This document shows, piece after piece, positions 29,385 to 38,556 of a DNA stretch of 64,000 bases. Below the pieces are notes generated by a model, which saw only the letters and a program-made list of their open reading frames with translations, was not told the DNA's origin and did no database searches. The DNA is taken from contig CBFHND010000003.1 of the NCBI GenBank assembly GCA_965657085.1, forward strand, positions 87,924-151,923. The letters are read 5' to 3'. A program made the translations under genes and the position numbers. The stretch is from an uncultured Rhodobacteraceae bacterium (GTDB lineage: Bacteria; Pseudomonadota; Alphaproteobacteria; Rhodobacterales; Rhodobacteraceae). How positions within the stretch are numbered: the first letter of the stretch is position 1; every line of letters starts with the position of its first letter.

Positions 29385-29835
29385 TCTCTTCCTCGAGGTG
29401 CAGCTTCATGTCGATCAGGACCTGTTGCAGCAACGTGGTCTCGCGCAGCAAGCGCTTGGCTTCGTTGACGGTGATGATGCCGTCCTCGATGGACTGCTGG
29501 TATTCCGTCATCAACATGGCAAACCGCTGGCTCAGCGCGATCACGTCCGAATTGACCCCGCCCGAGGATTTGCTGTTGGGCCTGCGGTCATCAAAGGCCA
29601 GCGATCCGCCCTGCAACTCTGCCAGCGCGCTGGTGACGTGTGGGAAGGACGCCTGCTTTTCCAGGTGCACGACCGCATCGATCGGCATGAACCTGTCTGC
29701 ATGCTCAGGATTGTCGGAGTAATACCGCCCCAAGGTCGCCTTGGACTTGCCCGTCATTTCGCACGCTGGCTCGATTCCCACATCCTTGACCAGGGCCTCA
29801 GTGTGTTTCTTCAGATAACTGCCAATTCCAGCCAT
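29377..29835 (-). CDS. Phage CII (CP76)-like HTH regulatory protein
   Basis: Start at [14 protein letters not shown]-like [17 protein letters not shown] and C-terminal helix [24 protein letters not shown]. The 3' end overlaps the arsH start by 8 nt. Family assignment is from memory of CP76-type CII proteins. Confidence 0.5.
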   Translation of the reverse strand: MAGIGSYLKKHTEALVKDVGIEPACEMTGKSKATLGRYYSDNPEHADRFMPIDAVVHLEKQASFPHVTSALAELQGGSLAFDDRRPNSKSSGGVNSDVIALSQRFAMLMTEYQQSIEDGIITVNEAKRLLRETTLLQQVLIDMKLHLEEESA

Positions 29836-30076
29836 GTTTTTTACCCAAACTCCCGTTGCGATGCGGCACCCCGTGTCGGGGGAAAGCATCAGACCTTTTC
29901 CCATTAATTCGAACGCAAGGAAATGTCATTTACAAAACATCCCAAGGTTTTCGGGATTTCTGAGTGGCCGGTGTCCCCAGCACCGGTTTCAGGGTGGGGT
30001 TCGTCATGCAACTGCCGCGTGGGATTGGCAGGCCGGGCAACCGGCAGCCGGCGTGGCGAACCCGTCAGTTTAAATG

Positions 30077-30129
30077 GTGCGCGCCTTGCATCCATCCCCA
30101 GGGTTTCGGCCCGTGCAAGGCGCACTTTT
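30077..30129 (+). terminator. Terminator-like hairpin in the long untranslated gap upstream of tdk
   Basis: GTGCGCGCCTTGCA - 23-nt loop - TGCAAGGCGCAC (12 bp with a 2-nt bulge) followed by TTTT. Confidence 0.4.
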
Positions 30130-30230
30130 ACTAACTGCCGGGTTTACTCCCGCACAGGCCGAAGCCACCACAGATGGCTACCCCACCCTGTACTTGCCCA
30201 GAGCGCGTCTGCATCGTAACAGACAGAGCA

Positions 30231-30814
30231 TGGCCAAACTCTACTTCCACTACTCCACCATGAATGCAGGCAAATCGACGGTCCTGCTGCAAGCTGCGCA
30301 CAACTACCGCGAACGCGGCATGGAGCCCTATCTGCTGACCGCCCAATTCGACAACCGCGCGGGTGATGGACGTATCGCCAGCCGCATTGGCATCGGCAGT
30401 GACGCCGACACATTCGCCCCGGACGAAGACCTCTTTGCCAAGATCGCAACGCGCCTCGATCAGGGCCCGGTGGCCTGTATCTTTATCGACGAGGCCCAGT
30501 TCCTGACCGAACCCCAGGTCTGGCAACTGGCGCGCGCCGTGGACGACCTGGGCGTGCCAATCATGTGCTATGGCCTGCGCGTCGATTTTCAGGGCAAGCT
30601 GTTCCCCGGCTCCGCCTGTCTGCTCGCCCTTGCCGACGAAATGCGCGAGGTCCGCACGATCTGTCATTGCGGCAAGAAGGCAACGATGGTGGTGCGACAG
30701 GGCGCTGACGGCACCGTGCTGAAGGACGGCGCACAGGTGCAGATCGGCGGCAATGAAACTTACGTCTCGCTCTGCCGCCGACACTGGCGCGCCGCCGTTG
30801 GGGACGACGCATGA
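30231..30814 (+). CDS. tdk: Thymidine kinase
   Basis: P-loop MNAGKST and zinc-ribbon Cys pairs CHCGKKA / LCRRHW. Start at MAKLYFHYS. Confidence 0.9.
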
Positions 30815-31185
30815 AACGCTTCTGGTACGGGGTGTTAACAGGTGTGGCCCTGTGTAGCGTCCTGATCCTCACGGGCATTCCCGGCATCACGCGCGGCACG
30901 TTGCAAATCATCGACGACAACGCCGTGGCCCGTTGGCAGGCGGCGCGTCTGGCCTTTCTGAGCGACGCGGCATTCCTTGCCTGCGCAACCGAAAAGGATT
31001 TGCGTCAGGCCGCCGAAGCACGGGGCTGGGAGGTTGAAACCGTGAACCTCGCAACCGAACAAATCCCCGAACGCCTTGATGACGCAACCTTTGCCATCCG
31101 CATCCACGTCCGGCCGCCCATGCCTTTGGACAAAGACCCCGGCGACATCGAAGGCTTCGATGATCGTGGTTGCCTGATGCGATGA
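30811..31185 (+). CDS. Hypothetical protein with N-terminal TM/signal segment
   Basis: ATGA overlap with tdk. N-terminus MKRFWYGVLTGVALCSVLILTG. Confidence 0.45.
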   Translation: MKRFWYGVLTGVALCSVLILTGIPGITRGTLQIIDDNAVARWQAARLAFLSDAAFLACATEKDLRQAAEARGWEVETVNLATEQIPERLDDATFAIRIHVRPPMPLDKDPGDIEGFDDRGCLMR

Positions 31186-31195
31186 CAAAACGCGA

Positions 31196-31957
31196 TCAGA
31201 ACACCTGAACGTGGATATGGTCGTCATGTCGCGCCGCACGACACCCCTGAAACCGGATCTTTGGTGACTGCAAGGCCATCCGCCGGACAAGATGTGGTTC
31301 GAGGAACAGTTTCTGCACACCCGGCTCCGCAATCAAAAGGTTGACCAGATAGGCGGTCCGACCTTCGTTCAGGCCACGGTCCGGCCAGACAGGTTGCAGC
31401 CACGACAAATCCTACCGCATCGTGGGCGCTGCAGGTTTGCAATCCGTTGGCCCCGTCTCAAAGGCGAAATACCCGATGGGAGATCGGGTCTTGCCAGGCA
31501 AGAACTGCCCCTCATCTTCATAATAGAACGCAAGATCAACTTTCCGTCCATCCGCGTGCGACAAGTGCGGCAAAAGCGGAAACCCGTTTACAAAGGGAAA
31601 GCTGGCATCGAGCACCCGCACCTATGTTCGAGGGAAGCGGTCCGGCATGGACGCGGCAACCTTTTCCAGCACGGCAAGAGTTTCTGGCGTAACGTAGGTG
31701 CGGTTCAACGCGCAATACATCCAACTCTGCACCTGCAGAGGCCCATCACGCGTACATCCGATGGCCGTTCTTCCGAAGTTGGGGGCCACGACAACTGCCG
31801 ATGCTGACAACGCGACATAGGCCAACACGAAGGCAAGTAGCCTGCGCCGTAGAAGCAGGGCAAGCATCCAGACAAGCCCGCCGACTTGGGTCAACAACGT
31901 CAAGATCATGATCAGCCCCAAGTGGCCAATCACACGCAGCACGGCCCACGTACTCAA
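31196..31957 (-). pseudogene. MepA-like (LAS/M74-type) murein endopeptidase homolog interrupted by two in-frame TAG codons
   Basis: Three consecutive same-frame ORFs (31957-31622, 31621-31412, 31408-31196). TAG codons at 31622-31624 and 31412-31414 on the complement strand. Motifs LSHADGRKVDL and HDDHIHV resemble MepA SHQTGLDVD and HRAHMHV. N-terminal TM helices. Confidence 0.65.
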
Positions 31958-32910
31958 ACCGCATTCGGCGGGGCCATCCCCTCTACCAGAACCGCGCGCA
32001 GGTTTTCCACGGCCATCAGCCCCATGTCCGTGCGCACTTCCAGCGCGGCGGTGCCCAGATGCGGCAGCAAGACAACATTATCCAGATCAATCAACGCCTG
32101 CGGCACCTTCGGCTCAAATTCATACACGTCTAGCCCCGCCCCCGCGATCTGGCCCGTCTGCAATGCCGCGATCAAGGCCGCCTCGTCCACCACATCCCCG
32201 CGCGAGATGTTCACCAGATGCGCGTGCCGTTGCATCGCATCAAACACCTCTGCCCCGATCAGGCGATGGGTGTCCGCTCCGCCCGGCACGGCCAGCACCA
32301 GCACATCAACCGCGCCTGCCAGCGCGGTCAGGCTGTCCATCGCCGTGGCCTCGAAATCCAGTGCCTTGGGACTGCGGCTGAAGTAGGCGGCCTTCATACC
32401 AAAGCCATGCACACAGCGCCGTGCGATGGCTTGCCCGATCCGGCCCATGCCGACGATGCCCACGGTCTTGCCACCCAGATGCAGGCCCAGCATCTGCGTC
32501 GGATGCCAACCTTCCCATGCGCCTGTGCGCACCAGCCGCTCGCCTTCGCCTGCGCGTCGCGCACTCATCAGCATCAGCATCATCGCCACATCTGCCGTTG
32601 CATCGGTCACGGCACCGGGCGTGTTGCTGACTTGCACCCCTGCGCCGTGGGCGGCGGCCACATCGATATGGTTGTACCCAACGCCGAAATTCGCAAGAAC
32701 GGTGGCCCGGATCGCGCCGGTTTCGGCAAAGACCTCGGTGCTGAACTGATCGCCCAATGTGGGCATGACGCCGTCATACCCTTCGAGGGCCGCAATCATT
32801 TCAGCGCGCGACAAGGGCGCATTGCTGTCCCGCACCGTCACATCGAAATGCTTCTTGGCCTCTTCCAGAACCGCATCGGGCATGGGACGCGCGATAAATA
32901 CCTGTTTCAA
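31954..32910 (-). CDS. D-isomer-specific 2-hydroxyacid dehydrogenase (glyoxylate/hydroxypyruvate reductase-like)
   Basis: NAD motif GIVGMGRIGQAIA and catalytic-region NISRG..VDE / LLPHLG. Start assigned to TTG at 32910 (MKQVFIARPMPD), coupled to the upstream stop. The longer track ORF is rejected. Confidence 0.8.
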   Translation of the reverse strand: MKQVFIARPMPDAVLEEAKKHFDVTVRDSNAPLSRAEMIAALEGYDGVMPTLGDQFSTEVFAETGAIRATVLANFGVGYNHIDVAAAHGAGVQVSNTPGAVTDATADVAMMLMLMSARRAGEGERLVRTGAWEGWHPTQMLGLHLGGKTVGIVGMGRIGQAIARRCVHGFGMKAAYFSRSPKALDFEATAMDSLTALAGAVDVLVLAVPGGADTHRLIGAEVFDAMQRHAHLVNISRGDVVDEAALIAALQTGQIAGAGLDVYEFEPKVPQALIDLDNVVLLPHLGTAALEVRTDMGLMAVENLRAVLVEGMAPPNAV

Positions 32911-33248
32911 TGCATCCGTCCCCCGTTGCCCACAGGCCCGTCTGGCCCGATCAAAACGATCTCGCCCGCCGCATCTGGCAGACCCAGAACCAGAACCTCT
33001 GACATGAAGGGACCGATCTGGCGCGGCGGGAAATTCACCACGCCCATCACCTGTTTGCCCACAAGCTGCTCGGGCGTGTAGTGCGCCGTGATCTGTGCGG
33101 AGGTCTTGCGCTCTCCGATCTCGTCGCCAAAGTCGATCCACATCTTGATCGCAGGCTTGCGCGCCTCCGGGAACGGCTCCGCGCGCAAAACGGTGCCCAC
33201 GCGCACGTCCACCTTCAGAAAGGTGTCGAAATCAATCTCATCCGCCAT
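32907..33248 (-). CDS. tRNA-binding domain protein (CsaA-like)
   Basis: MADEIDFDTFLKVDVRVGTV... OB-fold tRNA-binding signature. 113 aa. Confidence 0.75.
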   Translation of the reverse strand: MADEIDFDTFLKVDVRVGTVLRAEPFPEARKPAIKMWIDFGDEIGERKTSAQITAHYTPEQLVGKQVMGVVNFPPRQIGPFMSEVLVLGLPDAAGEIVLIGPDGPVGNGGRMH

Positions 33249-34074
33249 GGGCCAACTCCTTCGACCGATCCGTTGCCGCCGCGACCGCACGTTTCAACAA
33301 CGCGGGAAATCCTGTTTCAAGGTCCATCAGAACCTCCAACGCGGCTTGCGTGGTGCCATTGGGGCTGGTCACGTTCACCCGCAATTGGCCGGGGTCTTCC
33401 TCTGACGCTTCGGCCAACGCCCCGGCGCCGGCCACGGTGGCCTTGGCCAGTTGCATCGCCAGATCAGGCGCCAGGCCCTGCGCCGCACCGGCGGCGGCCA
33501 GCGTCTCGATCAGGTGAAAGACATATGCCGGGCCAGATCCGCTGACGCCTGTAACAGCATCCATCTGATGCTCGCCCTCCAGTCGTACGACCTGACCCAC
33601 GGCGCGCAACAGGTCCTCGGCGACATCGAGCCCCACGGCCCCCGCCGCGGCGTTGCCGGTGATCGCTGTGATCCCCCGGCCTATGGCGGCTGGCGTGTTC
33701 GGCATCGCACGCACCACGGGCGTGTCGCCGCCCAGCGCGTCTTCGAAATAGGAAATCGGCGTCCCGGCCGCCACGCTCACGAAAAGCGTATCGCCATTGC
33801 CAAGGGCCGCCATGCCCGGCACCGCGTCGCCCATCATCTGCGGTTTCACGGCGACCAGCACAATAGCAGGCGCATTCGGGAGGCCTTCGTTCAGGTGGAC
33901 CCCAAGCTCTTGCAACCACACCGAGGGATGCGGGTCCTGCACCCAGACTGAAGCGGCGGGCAACCCGCGCGCAATCCATCCGGCCAACATGGCCGACCCC
34001 ATCTTGCCACAGCCCAGCAAAACCAGACCACGGCGTGCAATGTCACTGTTTTCCAATGCGATGCCCCTTCCCAT
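33238..34074 (-). CDS. proC: Pyrroline-5-carboxylate reductase
   Basis: N-terminal LLGCGKMG Rossmann motif and C-terminal VTSPNGTTQAAL signature. Start uncertain. Confidence 0.9.
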   Translation of the reverse strand: MGRGIALENSDIARRGLVLLGCGKMGSAMLAGWIARGLPAASVWVQDPHPSVWLQELGVHLNEGLPNAPAIVLVAVKPQMMGDAVPGMAALGNGDTLFVSVAAGTPISYFEDALGGDTPVVRAMPNTPAAIGRGITAITGNAAAGAVGLDVAEDLLRAVGQVVRLEGEHQMDAVTGVSGSGPAYVFHLIETLAAAGAAQGLAPDLAMQLAKATVAGAGALAEASEEDPGQLRVNVTSPNGTTQAALEVLMDLETGFPALLKRAVAAATDRSKELAHGG

Positions 34075-34093
34075 TGCGGTTCAGGGCAAACTG

Positions 34094-34594
34094 TTACGCG
34101 CGCCCATAAGCCTCTGCAATGGCGACCTGCAGGGCATCCTTGGGCGTCCGATCCCCCCAGACCAGCATTTGCAGCGCAGGGTAATACCGCTCGGCACTCA
34201 TCACCGCAGCGCCGATCATGGTGTCGATCTGGTCAGGTCCCGCAACCTGCCCCCCGGCAAGCACCAGACCGTAGCGGTAAACCATCAGCTTCTGCTCGGG
34301 CCAATAGGTAAAGGCCCCCGCCCAGCATTGATCGTTCACAAGGTTCAAAAGCGCGTAAAGCCCCGGCAACTTGTCCTCGGGCGGCTCCATCTCGAAGGTG
34401 CACACCATCCGCAATGTCTCGTCATAGCCGGACCAGGCCAAGGTCAGCGAATAGGTGCGCCATTGCCCCTCGACCGCCATTGCAATCTGGTCATCTGCGA
34501 TGCGGTCAAAATCCCACTCGTGATGCTCTGCAAGATGCTCAACGATATCAATGGGATGAATGTCGTCTTCCAGGATGTGCTCGGAAAGGGCCAT
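34094..34594 (-). CDS. YbjN-domain protein
   Basis: AGAGGTGG SD. MALSEHILEDDIHPIDIVEHLAEHHEWDFDR is typical of alphaproteobacterial YbjN-like proteins (from memory). Confidence 0.6.
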   Translation of the reverse strand: MALSEHILEDDIHPIDIVEHLAEHHEWDFDRIADDQIAMAVEGQWRTYSLTLAWSGYDETLRMVCTFEMEPPEDKLPGLYALLNLVNDQCWAGAFTYWPEQKLMVYRYGLVLAGGQVAGPDQIDTMIGAAVMSAERYYPALQMLVWGDRTPKDALQVAIAEAYGRA

Positions 34595-34921
34595 GTCGCC
34601 ACCTCTTTTTCTCGCTCTAGCGAAGGGGCTTGGCAGCGCCCCCAAGCGCTAGGTGCCTGCTCTGAGTGTCGGGGTTGATCCCCCGTATCTCTACCAAATA
34701 TGGTGCAGGTCCCAAGGCGATCTGGCAACCCTTTATTTGGGGATAAGCCCGATAAGTTGTGGACAACCGCCCCAGACGCACAAAATCCGCCCTATTCCCC
34801 TGGCCACAAACATCTGCACCCAAAGCGCCCCGTGGCCAGAAACGCAAAACGCCCAGCACATCACCGGGCGATCACGCGAAACTTGCAGAACTTGAAATGG
34901 CGCGGCAGCGCCGCCTTTGGG

Positions 34922-35161
34922 TCACTTGCCCTCAAGCGCCTCGATGCGCGCTTTGAGCGCTTCATTCTCTTCACGCGCCTTTTGCGCCATGGCACGCACC
35001 GCGTCGAATTCTTCGCGTGTGACGAAATCGCGATCGGCCAGCCACCGGTCCATCAACGACTTCATCGCCGTTTCCGCCTCGTCCTTGGCGCCCTGGGCCA
35101 CGCCCATGGCATTGGTCATCAATTGCGAAATATCGTCGAAAATCTTGCCGCGTGCTTGCAT
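34922..35161 (-). CDS. ubiK: UbiK/YqiC-family accessory factor (coiled-coil)
   Basis: AGGAGA SD. 79-aa product MQARGKIFDDISQLMTNAMGVAQG...REEFDAVRAMAQKAREENEALKARIEALE. Confidence 0.65.
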   Translation of the reverse strand: MQARGKIFDDISQLMTNAMGVAQGAKDEAETAMKSLMDRWLADRDFVTREEFDAVRAMAQKAREENEALKARIEALEGK

Positions 35162-35258
35162 CGGTGGTCTCCTGATCGTGCGTTGACCTTTATATGGGCT
35201 GCTGGCACCAAAGCCGCAAGGTTGACTTCCCCCAAAGCCCAGAGGCATTCAGACGCAG

Positions 35259-36143
35259 ATGATGACCATGCTCCCCTTCCCCGATATCTCGCCAGAGATT
35301 TTCTCCGTGACCCTTTTCGGGTTCACCTTCGCGCTGCGCTGGTATGCGCTGGCCTATATCGCGGGCATCCTGATTGGCTGGCGCATGGTCGTGATGGCCG
35401 CAAAGACCCCGAGGCTGTGGCGCGCCGATACTCCCGTGATGACCCCCGCCCAGATCGAGGACTTGCTGACTTGGGTCATTGTCGGCGTGATCCTCGGTGG
35501 GCGATTGGGCTATGTGCTCTTCTATCAACCCGCCTATTATCTTTCGAACCCCGGCCAGATCCTGTTGATCTGGCAGGGCGGCATGGCCTTTCACGGCGGG
35601 CTTTTGGGTGTGATCATCGCGGCATGGATTTTCACCACACGCCATGGCATTCCCAAGCTGTCGGCGGCGGACGCCATTGTGCTCGGTGTGCCGCCCGGCA
35701 TCCTGCTGGGCCGGATCGCCAATTTCATCAACGCCGAACTTTGGGGCCGCCCCACCGATTTGCCCTGGGGCGTGGCCTTTCCCGGCGATGCCGCACAGTA
35801 TTGCCCGGACGTCATAGGCCTCTGCGCCCGCCACCCCAGCCAGCTTTACGAGGCACTGCTCGAAGGGTTCATCCTAGGCGCTGTCCTGCTTTGGCTGGTC
35901 TGGCGCAGGGGTGCGCTCAAAACCCCCGGCAAGGTGTGCGGCACCTTCTTTGCAGGATACGGCCTTGCCCGCTTTGCTGTTGAATTCGTCCGCCAACCCG
36001 ATGCGCAGTTCGTCACCGATGGCAACCCGCTGGGCCTTGCCCTGCACATCGGTGGCTACGGGTTGACCATGGGGCAAATCCTCAGCCTGCCGATGATCGT
36101 GCTTGGCCTTTGGCTGATTGCCCGGACGCGCCCTACGGCATGA
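35259..36143 (+). CDS. lgt: Prolipoprotein diacylglyceryl transferase
   Basis: Polytopic membrane protein with Lgt motifs [24 protein letters not shown] and HPSQLYEA. Confidence 0.92.
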   Translation: MMTMLPFPDISPEIFSVTLFGFTFALRWYALAYIAGILIGWRMVVMAAKTPRLWRADTPVMTPAQIEDLLTWVIVGVILGGRLGYVLFYQPAYYLSNPGQILLIWQGGMAFHGGLLGVIIAAWIFTTRHGIPKLSAADAIVLGVPPGILLGRIANFINAELWGRPTDLPWGVAFPGDAAQYCPDVIGLCARHPSQLYEALLEGFILGAVLLWLVWRRGALKTPGKVCGTFFAGYGLARFAVEFVRQPDAQFVTDGNPLGLALHIGGYGLTMGQILSLPMIVLGLWLIARTRPTA

Positions 36144-37198
36144 CACTGGCGGATCACCTGATCCGGCGCATCACCGCCACGGGGCCGATTGCGCTGGCCG
36201 ACTACATGGCCGAGGCGCTGTTGCATCCCACCATGGGCTATTACACCACCCGCGACCCGCTTGGCGTTACGGGTGATTTCACCACTGCGCCCGAGATCAG
36301 CCAGATGTTCGGTGAACTCATTGGCCTCAGCCTTGCGCAAGCTTGGCTGGATCAAGGATCACCCAAGGCCATTACCCTCGCGGAATTGGGACCCGGTCGT
36401 GGCACCTGCATGGCCGACATCCTGCGCGCCACGCGGGCGGTGCCGGGCTTCCATGACGCGGCCCAAGTGGTTCTGGTCGAAGCCTCCCCAACCCTGCGCC
36501 GCATGCAGGCGGAGACCCTCAAGGACGCAAATCCCATTTGGGCCGATACCGCAAACGACCTGCCCGAGGCACCGCTGTTCCTGATCGCCAACGAGTTCTT
36601 CGATGCGCTGCCCATCCGCCAGTTTCAGCGCGCAGGCGGTGGCTGGCGCGAACAGATGGTCGGTATGCAGGATGGCGCGCTGGCTTTGGGTCTGGGGCCT
36701 GCAAGCCCACAACCGGCCCTGTCGCATCGGATCCAAGACACCAAGGACGGCGACATTGTCGAAGACTGCCCCGCCGCCGCCCCGATCATCGACACCCTGA
36801 GCGACCGGATCGACAGGTTCGGCGGGGCTGCGCTGATCATCGACTACGGGGATTGGCGCAGCCTGGGCGACACGTTGCAGGCCCTGCGCGATCACCAGCC
36901 CGTCGATCCGCTGGACGCCCCCGGTACCGCCGACCTGACCGCGCACGTAGATTTCGAAGCGCTGACCAAAGCCGCGCGTTGCCCGTTTTCGCGCGTGACG
37001 CCGCAAGGCGTGTTTCTCGAACGGCTCGGCATTACCGCCCGCGCACAGGCGCTGGCCAAGGGACTGCGCGGATCGGCACTTGATGCGCATATCTCTGCAC
37101 ATCGGCGGTTGACGCACCCGGAGGAAATGGGAAACCTGTTCAAGGTGCTGAGTCTCTTTCCCAAGGGGGCTGCTCCACCACCGGGGCTGGAAACATGA
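36140..37198 (+). CDS. SAM-dependent methyltransferase, MidA/NDUFAF7 (DUF185) family
   Basis: ATGA overlap with lgt. [26 protein letters not shown] and ELGPGRGT motifs. Confidence 0.8.
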   Translation: MTLADHLIRRITATGPIALADYMAEALLHPTMGYYTTRDPLGVTGDFTTAPEISQMFGELIGLSLAQAWLDQGSPKAITLAELGPGRGTCMADILRATRAVPGFHDAAQVVLVEASPTLRRMQAETLKDANPIWADTANDLPEAPLFLIANEFFDALPIRQFQRAGGGWREQMVGMQDGALALGLGPASPQPALSHRIQDTKDGDIVEDCPAAAPIIDTLSDRIDRFGGAALIIDYGDWRSLGDTLQALRDHQPVDPLDAPGTADLTAHVDFEALTKAARCPFSRVTPQGVFLERLGITARAQALAKGLRGSALDAHISAHRRLTHPEEMGNLFKVLSLFPKGAAPPPGLET

Positions 37199-37950
37199 CT
37201 TTGGAAATCCTGACATCGGACGTGCTGTCCGGCACGCATCACGGGTTCTTCACCCGGCGCGGCGGCGCATCTTCGGGCGTGTTTGCGGGGCTCAATTGCG
37301 GCACCGGCAGTTCGGACCAGACAGAGATCGTGGAGATCAATCGCGCCCGCGTGGCCGAGGCGATGGGCGCGTCCCATCAGAACCTTCTGGGCGTGCATCA
37401 GGTCCACTCGACCACCGTGATCCCGGTGACCGAACCTCTGCCGGAAAAGCCTCGTGCCGATGCGCTTGTCACGGCAACGCCCGGTCTGGCCCTGTCCATT
37501 CTGACCGCAGATTGTCAGCCGGTTCTCTTTGCCGATCCCAAGGCGGGTGTGGTGGGCGCGGCACATGCCGGATGGCGCGGTACGCTGGACGGCGTGCTGG
37601 AGGCGACGATAGACGCCATGATCAAACTGGGCGCGCAAGAGCAGGATATCGCGGTGGCCATCGGCCCCTCGATCAGCCAACGCGCCTACGAGGTCGGCCC
37701 CGAATTCTTCGAGACCTTTCTAGACGAAGATCCGCACAGCGCACGCTATTTCGCCAATGGCGAAGCCGACAGGTTGCACTTTGATCTTCCCGGCTACGGC
37801 CTTCAACGCCTGCGGGATCGCGGCGTCGGGGCGGCCGAATGGACACGGCATTGCACCTATTCAGACCCCGAACGCTTTTACAGCTATAGGCGCAGTGTCC
37901 ATGCAAAAGACGCCGATTATGGCCGCCTGATCGCCGCAATCACCCTGTGA
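37195..37950 (+). CDS. pgeF: Peptidoglycan editing factor PgeF (YfiH/laccase-domain protein)
   Basis: 4-nt overlap with the upstream gene. Motifs QVHS, TADCQPVL, AHAGWRG and YSYRR. Confidence 0.85.
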   Translation: MTLEILTSDVLSGTHHGFFTRRGGASSGVFAGLNCGTGSSDQTEIVEINRARVAEAMGASHQNLLGVHQVHSTTVIPVTEPLPEKPRADALVTATPGLALSILTADCQPVLFADPKAGVVGAAHAGWRGTLDGVLEATIDAMIKLGAQEQDIAVAIGPSISQRAYEVGPEFFETFLDEDPHSARYFANGEADRLHFDLPGYGLQRLRDRGVGAAEWTRHCTYSDPERFYSYRRSVHAKDADYGRLIAAITL

Positions 37951-38104
37951 TCAATTGAGGCAACCGCGCCCCAATCTCGCAAAATTTGCCACAATTTTTC
38001 TTTAAATGGGCCGTACCTCGCCCAAGTCGCGCCCGATTGCCCCGTCATTCAAGGCTCAACAAAGCGCAAAAAGCGCACAAGAGATCGAGCAGAGGACGAC
38101 AGCC

Positions 38105-38260
38105 ATGAAAACGAACACACGCTTTATCAAGTCCGTGATTGAAACAGCCGACAAGGATGCGCCCGCCCTGCCATGGGCGCGTGGTGCACGCCGGGCCGCG
38201 TTCATCGCAAAACGCAACGGATCAGGTCAGCCCGCAAGCGCGCTGCGCAAAACAGCCTGA
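38105..38260 (+). CDS. Hypothetical small protein (51 aa)
   Basis: GAGGA SD before the ATG at 38105. A convincing terminator lies about 40 nt downstream. No recognisable motif. Confidence 0.3.
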   Translation: MKTNTRFIKSVIETADKDAPALPWARGARRAAFIAKRNGSGQPASALRKTA

Positions 38261-38301
38261 CCCGGCACAAATTCCCAGCGCCCCGACCCGGGGTCGCGTA
38301 C

Positions 38302-38339
38302 CGCCCGCTCCCGATTTGATTCGGGTGCGGGCGCTTTTC
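38302..38339 (+). terminator. Rho-independent terminator
   Basis: CGCCCGC-t-CCCGA tttgat TCGGG-t-GCGGGCG followed by CTTTTC. Confidence 0.65.
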
Positions 38340-38556
38340 GTGGCGAAAATGTGGCACCTCTGCCTTTGATGCCTGAAACAATCGCCGCCGATTGCCCGCA
38401 TTGATCCGACCCAGAGCACCAATGTCGCGCAAATTTTGACAATTTTGCGTCCCGGCGCCCCACTGTCACTCATCAAGACACGTGAACCAAAGTTCATCTG
38501 TCGTCGCTGGTGGGGGCCGGCATCAGATGTGACTGACCGACAAAAAGGTTTTTCGC

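Noticed and set aside
31412-31624. Programmed amber recoding (pyrrolysine or suppression) in the MepA-like gene
   Set aside because: TAG terminates several bona fide genes in this window (carB, the TRAP permease, hpsN, the TraB/GumN gene). No pyl genes or PYLIS-like context is visible, so a pseudogene is the conservative call.
32911-33141. Upstream 77-aa extension of the 2-hydroxyacid dehydrogenase ORF
   Set aside because: It would fully overlap the CsaA-like gene in another frame. The family length (about 318 aa) fits the TTG at 32910, which is coupled to the csaA-like stop.
34738-34766. Two DnaA-box-like 9-mers (TGGGGATAA and TGTGGACAA) 11 nt apart, plus a GATAAG direct repeat, in the 276-nt gap between the ybjN-like and ubiK-like genes
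   Set aside because: Each has a mismatch to TTATCCACA. There is no AT-rich unwinding element or cluster of further boxes, and the gene context (no hemE, dnaA, parAB or rho) does not suggest oriC. This may be chance or minor DnaA titration.
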